In this document: piece after piece, positions 27,673-39,000 of the stretch
How the letters are laid out: each line of letters opens with the position of its first letter
Numbering within the stretch: position 1 is the first letter of the stretch
Assembly (NCBI GenBank): GCA_039024555.1
Contig: JBCCQQ010000008.1
Location: 1-64,000, forward strand
DNA: 64,000 nucleotides
Reading direction: 5' to 3'
DNA from: Cyanobacteria bacterium P01_D01_bin.156
GTDB lineage: Bacteria > Cyanobacteriota > Cyanobacteriia > Phormidesmidales > Phormidesmidaceae
Made by a program: the position numbers and the translations under genes
The notes under the pieces: generated by a model
Told to the model about the DNA's origin: nothing
The model's input: the letters and a program-made list of their open reading frames with translations, nothing else
Database searches by the model: none

Positions 27673-28332
27673 ATGTCGGTTAGCGAACTGTTTGCCGCAG
27701 GCGGCATCGTTATGTGGCCACTGCTATTGTTCTCCATCGTGACATTGGTGTTGACGATTGAGCGCTCTGTGTTTTGGTTTCGAATTAATCGTCGTCAGCG
27801 TCCATTAGTCCGACGTGCCCTTGAACTTTATCGTGAGCAGCCAGCAGAAGTGTTTCCTCTACTTAAGCGCAACTTGAGCTTTCCTATGGTGCGTATTTTT
27901 CTTGAGGCACTGCAGTTAGAGGGGGCATCACAAAATCAGTTTCGGCTGGCTCTTGAAGGCGCTGCCTATGCAGAGAGGCCACTGTTAAAACGATTTAACA
28001 GTGTATTTCAGACAGTTATTGCGATCGCTCCACTACTTGGGCTTCTAGGTACCATTCTGGGTCTTATCCGTTCTTTCGCTTCTGTACGTATCGGTGAAAT
28101 TGGAGCGAATGCAAACGCTGTGACAGGCGGTATTAGCGAAGCTTTAGTCTCTACAGCGGCGGGCATGATCGTTGCCATCTTTGCTTTAGCCGTTTTCAAC
28201 ATTTTTCGGTCGTTTTATCGCCGTCAGCTTGACCTGTTGCAGGAGTCTATTAGCCAGCTAGAAATTTTGTACGAATGGCACTGTCAGCGAGCAAGTAATC
28301 AGGAGAGTGTGCCCCATGCGCGGATTCAATGA
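27673..28332 (+). CDS. exbB: MotA/TolQ/ExbB proton channel protein
   Basis: GGIVMWPLL, APLLGLLGTILGLI, GISEALVSTAAG. Start placed at ATG 27673. Confidence 0.93.
   Translation: MSVSELFAAGGIVMWPLLLFSIVTLVLTIERSVFWFRINRRQRPLVRRALELYREQPAEVFPLLKRNLSFPMVRIFLEALQLEGASQNQFRLALEGAAYAERPLLKRFNSVFQTVIAIAPLLGLLGTILGLIRSFASVRIGEIGANANAVTGGISEALVSTAAGMIVAIFALAVFNIFRSFYRRQLDLLQESISQLEILYEWHCQRASNQESVPHARIQ
28021..28028. repeat. HIP1 octamer GCGATCGC (representative copy)
   Basis: Also at 3997, 55389, 63364 and other sites; a cyanobacterial signature. Confidence 0.8.
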
Positions 28333-28726
28333 TGAGGCAGAAGATAGCGTCGAGATCAATATATTGCCAATGATCGACGTTATTTTTGCAATTCTGTCGT
28401 ACTTTATTATCTCCACGCTGTTTCTAACTCGGTTTGACGGTCTACCGGTGAGCCTGCCTACAGCTGAAACATCGGAGCGTCAGCCAGACGCTAACTTTAC
28501 AGTCACCGTTGATGACGATGGACAAATTTCTCTAAATCGAGAACCCATCGAGGTTGATTCTCTTAAAAGTACTATTTTGAATCAGGTAGATCCTGGCCAA
28601 GTTGTTGTAGTGACCATTCACGCTGATGAAGATGCGTCCCATGGTCAAGTCGTCAAGGTCATGGATGAGGTTCGAACGATTGATGATGCAAAGTTGGCCA
28701 TCGCTACCCGTCCAAAAGACGAGTAA
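28316..28726 (+). CDS. exbD: Biopolymer transport protein ExbD
   Basis: EINILPMIDVIF, VSLPTA, ADEDASHGQVVKVMD; overlaps exbB; AGGAG upstream of ATG 28316. Confidence 0.93.
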   Translation: MRGFNDEAEDSVEINILPMIDVIFAILSYFIISTLFLTRFDGLPVSLPTAETSERQPDANFTVTVDDDGQISLNREPIEVDSLKSTILNQVDPGQVVVVTIHADEDASHGQVVKVMDEVRTIDDAKLAIATRPKDE

Positions 28727-29016
28727 CTTTCAAGGGACTTTTTCCTAATTCTGGTGCGCAACATTGCCGAATTAGTTCAGCTAATGACTTTCATTCCTAT
28801 TCTATTTTCATTGGCAATCATTGAAAAACTCTATTAGAGTTTTATTAGAGCGATCAAAGTTCCTGACTGTTAACACTGATTCTTAAGAATTCAGAAACCT
28901 CGATACAAAAGCCTTACTAGAAGCGCTATGTTACTTTTAGGCACACAACTAAAGCTGAATTTACACAAGAGTTGTTCGGAGAATAGTTACTTTACGTGAG
29001 CTGTTCGATCCTGTAC

Positions 29017-29037
29017 TATTGAAAATAATTCTCAATA
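29017..29037. promoter_or_regulatory. Fur-box-like palindrome upstream of the biosynthetic operon
   Basis: TATTGAAAAT-A-ATTCTCAATA, 9/10 dyad symmetry, about 100 nt before the FAAL start; resembles the 9-1-9 Fur operator. Confidence 0.75.
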
Positions 29038-29134
29038 TCAAGATTGTTTTCTGTAGGGTTGATTTGAGCAGCTGTATTTAGTGGTAACAAACGATGGGCA
29101 GACGTAAGGCTGCATAGGGGAAAAGACCGTAAGC

Positions 29135-32100
29135 ATGGTGAGTGAATTGGCGACGCAGGAGCCATTAAAAGACATGGGCAATCTACCAGCCACGCTGGTG
29201 AATGTCCTGCAGTGGCGAGCATTACACGAACCAGATCGTGTTGCTTGTCAGTTCCTGTCTGCTGATGTTTCCGATATTGCTAAGGCTGTCCAAGACAATT
29301 ATTTGAGCTACGCCGATTTGGACAGGCGAGCAACGCTGATTAGCAAGTGTTTGCAGCGTTATTTAAGCCAACATAGCTCCCCTCAACCCATTCTTCTGGC
29401 CTATGTGCCTGGTTTAGACTTTATAGCAGGCCTATTTGGCTGTTGGTATGCAGGTGCGATCGCTGTTCCTGTGCGGCCATCCAAGCGTCATCAGAGCGGT
29501 GAACGCTGGAGACATATTCTAAATGACGCTCAGGCTGTGGGCGTTTTGACAACTCAGAGCTTGCTGCCTCAGGTGAAAGACTTAACAGCCGATCAGACGA
29601 CCGAACGTTTCTTTTGTTTGGCTACTGACCGCTTTGATGAACAATCAAGCAGTCAGGTTTTATCAGCCCCCAATCCATCTATACGTAACATAGATGCGGG
29701 TCTAGCCTTGTTGCAATATACTTCTGGGTCTACTAGTCATCCAAAGGGGGTCATGGTGAGCCATGCCAACCTGATGAACAATCTGGAAGCTATCTATCGA
29801 CGCTTTGGACACAGTGGTGATAGTCACGGAGTGATTTGGTTACCGCCTTACCACGATATGGGGTTGATTGGCGGTATTTTACAACCTATTTATGGTGGTT
29901 TTCCTGTTACTCTAATGTCGCCAGAATCGTTTTTGCGACAGCCAATCCGATGGCTTCAGGCGATCTCTCACTTCCGGGCAACAACCAGCGGCGGTCCCGA
30001 TTTTGCCTACGAATATTGTCTACAAAGAACGACATTAGAGCAACGCAAGAATTTAGATTTGAGCAGCTGGCAATTGGCATTTACGGGTGCTGAACCAGTA
30101 CGGGCTAAAACTTTAACAGATTTTTCAAATACATTTGCTGAGTATGGATTTCAGGCGAAAGCGTTCTATCCTTGCTACGGTCTAGCAGAAGCCACCTTAT
30201 TAGTTTCAGGTGGGCACCGAGGTACGGCTGCCAACAGCTTGAGTTTGAGTCGTGAGTCTCTAAACCACGGAAATGTTGTGGAGGTTCCTGTGTCTTCTGA
30301 AGGGGCTGTCTCCATAGTTAGCTGTGGTGAAGTAGATAACAATACAGATTTGGTCATTGTTAATTCAGAACGTAGTGAACCCTGTCCAACTGACCAAATA
30401 GGTGAGATTTGGGTTACTGGACATGGTATTGCCCAAGGCTACTGGCAGAGTCCTGAGGCAACCCAGGAAAGCTTTAATGCCTATCTTTCCGACGGTCGTG
30501 GTCCCTATCTGCGTACAGGAGACTTAGGGTTTTATAACGGACAAAATCTTTATATAACCGGTCGTCTGAAGGATCTAATTGTGATTCGTGGACGGAATCA
30601 TTTTCCTCAGGATATCGAACAAACTGTTGTCCAAAGCCATCCAGACCTGAGCCAGCAGAATGCTGCCTTTAGCATCGATATAGACGGACAAGAGAGTCTC
30701 GTTATTTTTCAAGAGATTAAGCGTGAAGCCCTGCGACGACTAGATGCGGAACTCATTTTTAGTGCGATTCGAGCAGCGGTATCGCAACATCATGGATTGC
30801 ATGCTTCGATGATCTGGTTACTTAAACCCAGCCACTTACCTCAAACGACCAGTGGGAAAGTACAGCGACATGCTTGTAAAACTGCTCTGCGAGAAAGAAC
30901 GATAACTCCTGTTGCCGAGTGGTCCAATGCCAGCGGGCAAGGGAGAAATCAGCAGTCGGAAGGTTTTATCCACCCAATAATTAAGCCATCGCCTGTTCAA
31001 GAAAGTGGCTCAGCTCAAAATCTCATCACCTGGTTGCGTGGATACGCTGCAGAGTCAATCAACTCCCGGCAGATGGATGAGCGTCGCTGTATCTCACCAG
31101 GGGTAATTTTAGATTTTGGGAACCAGGGTCTTCTCGGTATGCAGGTGCCGGTTGCATATGGTGGTCTGGGTCTAGGCCATCAAGATACGCTAAGCGTGTT
31201 GGAACAGCTTGGAGCAATTGACCCAACATTGGCCTTATTTGTTGGTCTCAATAATGTGTTGGGCATCCGTCCAATTCTGAACCATGGTTCATCAGATCTA
31301 CGGGCAAAGCTACTTCCCAGGCTAGCTACCGGAAGAGAATTAGCGGCATTTGCTCTCACTGAACCGGGTGCAGGCTCTCATCCATTTGGGATGACATCAA
31401 AAGCCACTCCCACAGCCAACGGATGGACCTTAAGGGGGCAAAAAATTTGGAGTGGTTCAGCTGCTTGGGCAGGAGTCATTAACGTTTTTGTTAAACAAAC
31501 TGACATTGATGGCAACATTGTTGGCGTCAGTGGATTTGCAGTCCAGAAGGGAACATCAGGATTAAGACAGGGCCCGGAATCCCTAACAATGGGCATGCGG
31601 GCCATGGTGCAAAATACGGTTTCCCTGGATGATGTGCCAGTGGACAGCTCGCAGCTTCTGGGAGACTCTGGCAACGGTATGGCAGTGGCACAAGATGCCA
31701 TGATGTATGGCCGACTGGCCATTGCTGCTGCCAGTGTTGGTGGGATGAAGCGCTGTGCACAGCTGATGATGCGCTATAGCTCCCGTCGAACAATTTCCAC
31801 TGGACGACTGTTAGATAATCCAGTCACCCTGACACGGTTGAACTGGCTGACAAATGCGATCTCAACACTCAACGGTCTGGTCACATTTATCGCTAGAAGG
31901 TTAGATGCAGGGCTGAATGTTCCCGAAGAGCTGTACGCAGCCTGCAAGATTTTAGGTCCCGAGTTCTACTGGCAGGCCGCTGACAACTTAGTTCAATGTC
32001 TAGGGGGGCGAGGGTACATAGAAACTAATCTGGCTCCTCAAATCCTCAGGGATGCCAGAGTGTTAAGAATCTTCGAAGGGCCAACAGAATCCCTAGCAAT

Positions 32101-33031
32101 GTATCTTGGTGCTCGCATACTGCATCAATCGTCAGACCTACAAGGATTTTTCGCAGAGCTCAATCTGACTTCACTATCTGATTCTCTGTTGGAAGCGGTT
32201 AGTGAAATTCTGGCGTACTATCAGGGGCCACAATCACCCTTTGCCGATGAAGTCTCGGCAAGACAGCAAGCGAATTTCGTTGCTGGCAAGTTAGCTGCCT
32301 GGACGTTAGCGATCGCATCCCTAAGGGCAACCGCTGCAGAGTCTGCCTATGTTAATTGGGCGCAGTATTATTTTGAACAAACCATTGCTCAGATCCTGGT
32401 GGCTAATCCAGATGAAATATCGAATTCTGTCGGAATAGAGCAACAAATTAGCAGCTACGGTGACAGCGTTGGTAACGTTGAGCAAACTCTTGCAGGTGAG
32501 AATCACTCCTTAGATGAGTGGTTGCGTGCGGAATCCTCAACAGGAACAACATCATTGGAAGAACGGTTGGCTGACTCCTTAACGGCCAGTGCTAACCAAA
32601 ATAAAAATACTCTTTCTCACAAACCTCTATTGAAACAGAAGAAAGCCATCCAGCAATGGCTCACACAGTGGCTTGCTCAAAAGCTGAAGCTGCACCAGTC
32701 TCAAATTTCCCTTGGTAGGGCTCTGGCTGACTATGGTGTAGATTCCATAATGGCTGTTGAACTGGCTCAAGATTTAGAAGATTTTCTAGTTCTGTCACAG
32801 CCTTTAGATGTCACACTGGCCTGGAGTTTTCCAACCATCGAATCGCTGTCAGTTCATTTAGCCGAACTGTCCACGAACTATTTTCCAAAGTCACAAGATA
32901 GTCAGAAAAGAGAAATTAGTCATCAGTCAATAGATTCACTTACTGAACAAGACACCGATCTTAAAAATCTGTCTGAGACCGAAATGGCCAATATGCTGGC
33001 GGCAGAGCTGGCAGCAGTGCGCGGGAGGTAG
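29135..33031 (+). CDS. Fatty acyl-AMP ligase / acyl-CoA dehydrogenase-like / ACP starter enzyme
   Basis: FAAL: LQYTSGSTSHPKG, WLPPYHDMGLIGG, PCYGLAEATL, GRLKDLIVIRGRNH. ACAD: FALTEPGAGS, GQKIW, RIFEGPTE. ACP: YGVDSIMA. Confidence 0.92.
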   Translation: MVSELATQEPLKDMGNLPATLVNVLQWRALHEPDRVACQFLSADVSDIAKAVQDNYLSYADLDRRATLISKCLQRYLSQHSSPQPILLAYVPGLDFIAGLFGCWYAGAIAVPVRPSKRHQSGERWRHILNDAQAVGVLTTQSLLPQVKDLTADQTTERFFCLATDRFDEQSSSQVLSAPNPSIRNIDAGLALLQYTSGSTSHPKGVMVSHANLMNNLEAIYRRFGHSGDSHGVIWLPPYHDMGLIGGILQPIYGGFPVTLMSPESFLRQPIRWLQAISHFRATTSGGPDFAYEYCLQRTTLEQRKNLDLSSWQLAFTGAEPVRAKTLTDFSNTFAEYGFQAKAFYPCYGLAEATLLVSGGHRGTAANSLSLSRESLNHGNVVEVPVSSEGAVSIVSCGEVDNNTDLVIVNSERSEPCPTDQIGEIWVTGHGIAQGYWQSPEATQESFNAYLSDGRGPYLRTGDLGFYNGQNLYITGRLKDLIVIRGRNHFPQDIEQTVVQSHPDLSQQNAAFSIDIDGQESLVIFQEIKREALRRLDAELIFSAIRAAVSQHHGLHASMIWLLKPSHLPQTTSGKVQRHACKTALRERTITPVAEWSNASGQGRNQQSEGFIHPIIKPSPVQESGSAQNLITWLRGYAAESINSRQMDERRCISPGVILDFGNQGLLGMQVPVAYGGLGLGHQDTLSVLEQLGAIDPTLALFVGLNNVLGIRPILNHGSSDLRAKLLPRLATGRELAAFALTEPGAGSHPFGMTSKATPTANGWTLRGQKIWSGSAAWAGVINVFVKQTDIDGNIVGVSGFAVQKGTSGLRQGPESLTMGMRAMVQNTVSLDDVPVDSSQLLGDSGNGMAVAQDAMMYGRLAIAAASVGGMKRCAQLMMRYSSRRTISTGRLLDNPVTLTRLNWLTNAISTLNGLVTFIARRLDAGLNVPEELYAACKILGPEFYWQAADNLVQCLGGRGYIETNLAPQILRDARVLRIFEGPTESLAMYLGARILHQSSDLQGFFAELNLTSLSDSLLEAVSEILAYYQGPQSPFADEVSARQQANFVAGKLAAWTLAIASLRATAAESAYVNWAQYYFEQTIAQILVANPDEISNSVGIEQQISSYGDSVGNVEQTLAGENHSLDEWLRAESSTGTTSLEERLADSLTASANQNKNTLSHKPLLKQKKAIQQWLTQWLAQKLKLHQSQISLGRALADYGVDSIMAVELAQDLEDFLVLSQPLDVTLAWSFPTIESLSVHLAELSTNYFPKSQDSQKREISHQSIDSLTEQDTDLKNLSETEMANMLAAELAAVRGR

Positions 33032-33033
33032 CT

Positions 33034-36000
33034 ATGATCCAATCGCGCTGGCCTGCAGCTAACAATTCTTCTGAAGGAAGTTTCGCTAACTATCGCGACT
33101 TGCTGCAGGAAGCGACTGTTCAGCTTCGTAAGCTGCGTAATCGGCTAGATGAACTAGAACAACGCCAGGCTGAGCCCATTGCCATTGTCGGCATGGCTTG
33201 TCGATTTCCCGGTGGAGCCAATACACCAGAGGCTTACTGGGACTTACTGCGCAACGGCGTTGATGCTGTGGGTGATGTGCCCAAACAGCGATGGGACTTA
33301 GACAAATATTACGATCCTGATCCAGCTACACCGGGGAAAATGTACACCCGTTCGGGTAGCTTTATAGATGCTGTCGATCAGTTTGACCCACAGTTTTTTG
33401 GTATTTCCCCCCGTGAGGCTCATAGTTTAGATCCACAACAGCGACTGCTGTTAGAGGTAAGTTATAACGCCTTAGAAAATGCTGGAATACCAGCATTTGA
33501 TCAACAAGGGACAGCTACCGGTGTATTTGTTGGTCTTAGCTTCGATGACTATGCCCAACGTAGTGTGCGCTCTGGAAATCCAGAACAGATTGATGCTTTT
33601 AGCAGCCTAGGCAATACTCGCAGCATTGCCGCTGGCCGCATTGCCTATGTGTTTGGCTTCCAAGGGCCAACAATGCAGTTGGATACCACATGTTCATCTT
33701 CGTTACTAGCGGTACATCTTGCTTGCCAGAGCTTGCGCAGTGGCGAGTGCAACCTTGCCTTGGCTGGTGGTGTCAATTTAATACTGTCGCCGGAAGCAAC
33801 CATTGGTTTTTGCAAACTTCAGGCACTTTCTCCCGACGGACGATGCAAAACCTTTGATGCGGCGGCTGATGGCTATGGACGCGGGGAAGGCTGCGGTGTG
33901 GTAATACTAAAGCGCCTGGAAGATGCCATTGCCAACCAAGACAACATTCTTGCTCTGGTTAGAGGGTCCGCCGTTAACCATGACGGCGTTAGCAACGGCC
34001 TAACCGCACCTAATGGTTCAGCTCAAACTGCCGTAATCCGTCAAGCTCTTCTAAACGCGCAGCTGGAGCCACAGCAGATTCAGTATGTGGAAGCCCATGG
34101 AACAGGGACATCCCTGGGAGATCCCATTGAATTGATTTCCCTAAATCAGGCTTTAGAAGGTCGTTCTGAACCATTATTGGTCGGTTCAGTTAAAACTAAT
34201 TTCGGTCATTTGGAAGCGGCAGCTGGTATGGCCGGATTGATGAAAGTGATTCTCTCATTACAGCATCATCAGATTCCGCCCCATTTACATTTGGCCACAC
34301 CCAACCCTTACATTCCCTGGAATCGATTAGCGATTGAGGTACCTACTCAGCTTACTCCCTGGCCTAAAACAACAGAGCCCAAACGAGCAGGACTAAGCGG
34401 TTTTGGCATGAGTGGAACCAATGTTCATCTTCTGGTAGAAGCAGCAGTTCAGCAAGATGCTGAGGCATTAGCCCAGATATTACCTACTAAGTCTCAGCGT
34501 TCTCTAAATATTTTGACCCTATCTGCCCAAACTGAGACAGCTCTGCAGGAACTGGCCAAAAAGTATCAAACCTGGCTCACAGAAACAAAAAGTTCTTTAG
34601 CAGATGTTTGTTTTACAACAAATACTGGGCGTTCTCACTTTAAATATCGTTTAGCCATCAGTGCTGCCAATGGAGACCACATGGTTCAGCAAATACATGA
34701 TGCGTTGAACGTACGGTTTACGGCAGATGGGCGGCATTTTGCTCAGTCCCGTAATTCAAAGGTTGTTTTTCTATTTACGGGTCAAGGCTCCCAGTATGTT
34801 GGCATGGGTCAACAGCTATACCAAACTGAGCCTGTTTTTCAAAGCGCCATTAATCAGTGTGCTGAGATTCTCTCTAAGGAGAATGTTCCTCTCCTTGAGA
34901 TTCTTTATCCAAATTCAAACATATCGACCGCTCTGCTGTTCTCTATTCACGATACTGTTTACACGCAGCCAGCCCTCTTCTCTCTGGAATATGCCTTAGC
35001 TAAACTATGGCAGTCATGGGGAGTTGAACCTGACTGTGTGTTAGGTCACAGCATTGGTGAATATGCGGCCGCTTGTATTGCAGGTGTGCTGAGTTTAGAG
35101 GATGGATTGAGACTAATTGCAGCACGGGGAAGGCTGATGCAATCGCTGCCAGCAGGTGGTGGTATGGCAGCGGTGATGGCTTCCCAGCAACAAATTTCTG
35201 GTTTTCTATCGGATGAAGTCACAGTTTCTGCGGTTAATGGTCCTCAAAATACGGTTATCTCTGGTGAACTAGGTGCTTTAGATAGGCTTGTTGCCCAATT
35301 AGAAGCCCAGGGATTTAAGGTCAAACGCCTCAGGGTTTCCCATGCATTTCATTCTGCTTTGATGGACCCCGTGCTGGCGGAGTTTAAGCAGATTGCCCAG
35401 ACCATTAGCTATGGTCAACCTGCTATTGATATTGTCTCTAGCGTCACAGGGAATTTGATTTCAACAGAAATGGGTAAGCCTAGCTATTGGGTGAATCAAA
35501 TTCGTCAGCCTGTGCAGTTTGCTCCGGCCATGGCATCTGTAGATGCCGAGGACGGTGGCGTCTTTATTGAAATTGGGCCACGTCCAACGCTAGTTTCCAT
35601 GGGACAGATTTGTATAGCTAACTTAGAGGCCCTATGGCTTCCTAGTCTTGCTCCGGCTAAAGAACCAGGTTCTTTAGAAAATACAGATTGGAAAACTCTC
35701 ACATCGAGTTTGTGCAAACTGTACGAAGCCGGATACTCCATTGACTGGGCGAGTTTTGACAAAGCTTATCCTAGAAAAACAGTATTGCTGCCAAGCTATC
35801 CCTTCCAAAGGAAACGCTATTGGTTAGACTCTGTTCCAAGTAGCGGAGTAAGTAAGCTCGTCAGCTTTCCTGGAACAAAAGAGTATCATCCACTGCTGGG
35901 GCAACAACTTTCACTAGCAGGAAATACGGCTCAATATTATGAAGCCAATTTATCCTCGGACACTCCTTTGAATTGGAAAGATCACCAGGTGTTCCAATCC

Positions 36001-39000
36001 ATTTTGCTACCAGCAGCAGCATATTTGGAAATGGCACTGGCAACAGGTCAAGATATTTTCAAAGAATCTGGCTATGAGATAACTGATGTACGCCTTCTAA
36101 AGGGATTGTGGCTAAATGAAGACCAATCTACACATCTACAGACATTAGTCACAAAGGAAGATTCAGTTCGTTATCAATTTGAAATCCACAGCAACCAAAC
36201 GAATGAATGGGTTAAGCACAGCAGCGGAGAGCTAATGCTGTCGACTACTCGCTCAACTTTGGATGTCGTAGATGCAGAAGAGATAAAATCAAAGCTAACA
36301 TCTGCCCTCTCCCATGAACAGTTTTATCAGCTCTACAGTGAGCGTGGGATTGACTATGGCCCCTCTTTCCAGGCCGTTCAGCAAGCTTGGTTAGGAGATG
36401 GGGAGGCGCTGGCCCAGATAGATAGGCGTATCTTATCTAAGGGACCATCGTTCCAGATGCATCCGGTGCTATTGGATGCCGGTCTACAGGTGGCTGGGGC
36501 TACTTTACAGGAGACATCTTCAGCATATTTACCAATATCTGTTGAGCGGTTTAGATGTTTCCAATCAGCAAATGTTGTAGCGGTGTATGCAAAAAGACGC
36601 ACTGCTTCACAAGCCATCATTGATGTTACTTGGGTTGATTCTGAGCATCAGGTTGTTGCTGTTCTCAATGGCCTGATGCTACAGGCTATTGAATTACCTA
36701 ACAGCTCTACTCAGTGGCTGCATCAGGTGGTTTGGCAACATCAACCATTGCCAAAGACTCCAGGAGACTTTTTGGTGACACCGGGGAATATGAAGGATGC
36801 GATCGCACCCCAGTTCACTCAACTTGTCCAAGCCTCAGATTTTCTCACTTACCAGGACCTGCAAACCGAACTCAATCGTTTGGCCTTGGCCTATATTGTT
36901 CAGGCACTCTCTCGAATGGGTTGGCCTCCTTCTCAAAAAGAAAGTTTCTCTAGTGTAGATCTAGAACAAAGATTGGGAGTTGTTTCTGAGCATCGACAAC
37001 TTTTTGAACGTTGCTTAGGCCTCCTACAAGAGGCTAGTATCTTAACCAAAGCTAATGGGCAATGGCAATTCACAGGCGAGCTACCAGGAGAAAATTTGGA
37101 GGAACTGGCGCAGTTCCTCCAGAAGCAGCCGTTGTTAGGCTCTGAGATCGTTTTATTGGAACGTTGCGGAGAAAATTTGGCCGCCGTTCTTCAAGGCCAG
37201 ATTGATCCCTTGGAACTACTTTTTCCCAAAGGAGACTTAACAACGCTCACGCAGCTCTATCAAAGCTCGGTGGGTGCCCAGGTAATGAACCAGCTGGTGC
37301 AGATAACCATCGCTGGGACCATAGCCCACGCACCACGTCCCCTACGCATCCTAGAAATTGGCGCGGGCACGGGAGGTACTACCGCTGAGCTGTTACCGTT
37401 ACTTGCAAATTTAGGACAGTCGCTTAACTACGTCTTTACCGATATTTCTCCCCGATTCACCGCTGCTGCCGAAGAACGATTTCGTGAGTTTCCATTTGTC
37501 GACTATGCTCTACTGGATATTGAAAAGTCACCTGAAGAGCAAGGGTTTGCGGCGGACTTCGATTTAGTCATTGCGGCAAATGTCCTCCATGCCACTGCTG
37601 ATATTCAGCAGACCCTGCACCATGTAAATACGCTGTTAGCACCGGGAGGTCAGCTCGTTCTGCTGGAAGGCACTGCCCCCGTCGGCTGGATTGATTTGAT
37701 CTTTGGATTAACTCCTGGCTGGTGGAAGTTTACGGATTTAGACCTGCGGCCTAATCATCCACTGCTCTCGGTTAATCAATGGCAAGGTGCTTTACAGTCA
37801 GTCGGATTCGAAGAAGTTACAGCACTTGAACCTAATAACGATACGCCACTAACCCAATCGGTAGTCACTGCCCAGAAAATCTCCGTTAAACATCGGCATT
37901 GGTTAATCACGGGAAGCCAGCCAGCAGTTAAGGATCTGGTGAGTTCACTTAACAACGAAGAACAAACAGCGGAAGTTTGTGACCTAGACGCTCTCAACAA
38001 GATATTCAATCAACGTGCCAACTGTAATGGCCTGCTCTACGTCTTACCTGAGGCTACTGCCAAGACTGTTGTTTCAACTACTGAACGTATCTGTCAACAG
38101 CTTTTATCACTAGTGCAGTTGCTTAGCCAACTATCTCAGCCACCACGTCTTTACATTGCATCGACGGACAGTTCTTTAGAATCACAGCTGGCCCATGCGC
38201 CTCTATGGGGCATGGTGCAAACTCTACAGGTGGAGCATCCGGTACTACGGTGTACCCGTATTCAAGCCGATAATGTCGAGACTCTTACCACGGAACTTTT
38301 GGCGGATTCTGCCGAAACTCAGATAATTGCTGGGGTGCGAGCGCGTCAGGTAGCTCGACTAGAACCGTTCAATTCAGACGAGAGTCCTACCCAGCTAGTA
38401 TCGACGCAACCAGGTACTCTGACTAGTCTTGACTGGCAGTCAATGACGCTGCCTGAACCGGGTACTGACGAAGTTGTTATCCAGGTGCAGGCAACCGGGC
38501 TGAACTTCCGCGATGTGTTGATTGCTATGGATCAGTATCCAGAGAACGCACCGTTAGGTTGTGAATGTGTTGGCACGGTTACTAAGGTGGGCTCCAAAGT
38601 GGGTCACCTAAAAGCGGGTCAAACCGTTATGGCCATTGCAGATAGAAGCTTTGCCCATGAGGTAGTGGTCCATCAGAACCTAGTCGCACCCATTCCTGAA
38701 AATGTTACCCCTATTGAAGCTGCCACATTGCCCGTTGCCTTCACCACGGCTTACTACAGTTTGTGCCACCTAGCAAATCTACAGCCTGGTGAACGGGTCC
38801 TAATCCATGCGGCAACTGGCGGCGTAGGTCAGGCCGCAGTTCAGATTGCCCAGAGCATAGGGGCTGAAATTTTTGCTACGGCTAGTCCTGGGAAATGGGA
38901 TGCCCTCAGGGAGTTGGGCATCACCCACATTATGAACTCTCGCACGCTGGACTTTGCCAATGACATTATGTCGGCGACGGGGGGAAGAGGCGTTGATGTG

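Noticed and set aside
580..29222. Small intergenic ORFs 580-777, 21358-21573, 27450-27683 and 29016-29222
   Set aside because: They overlap promoter regions or gene starts and have no recognisable motifs or convincing RBS.
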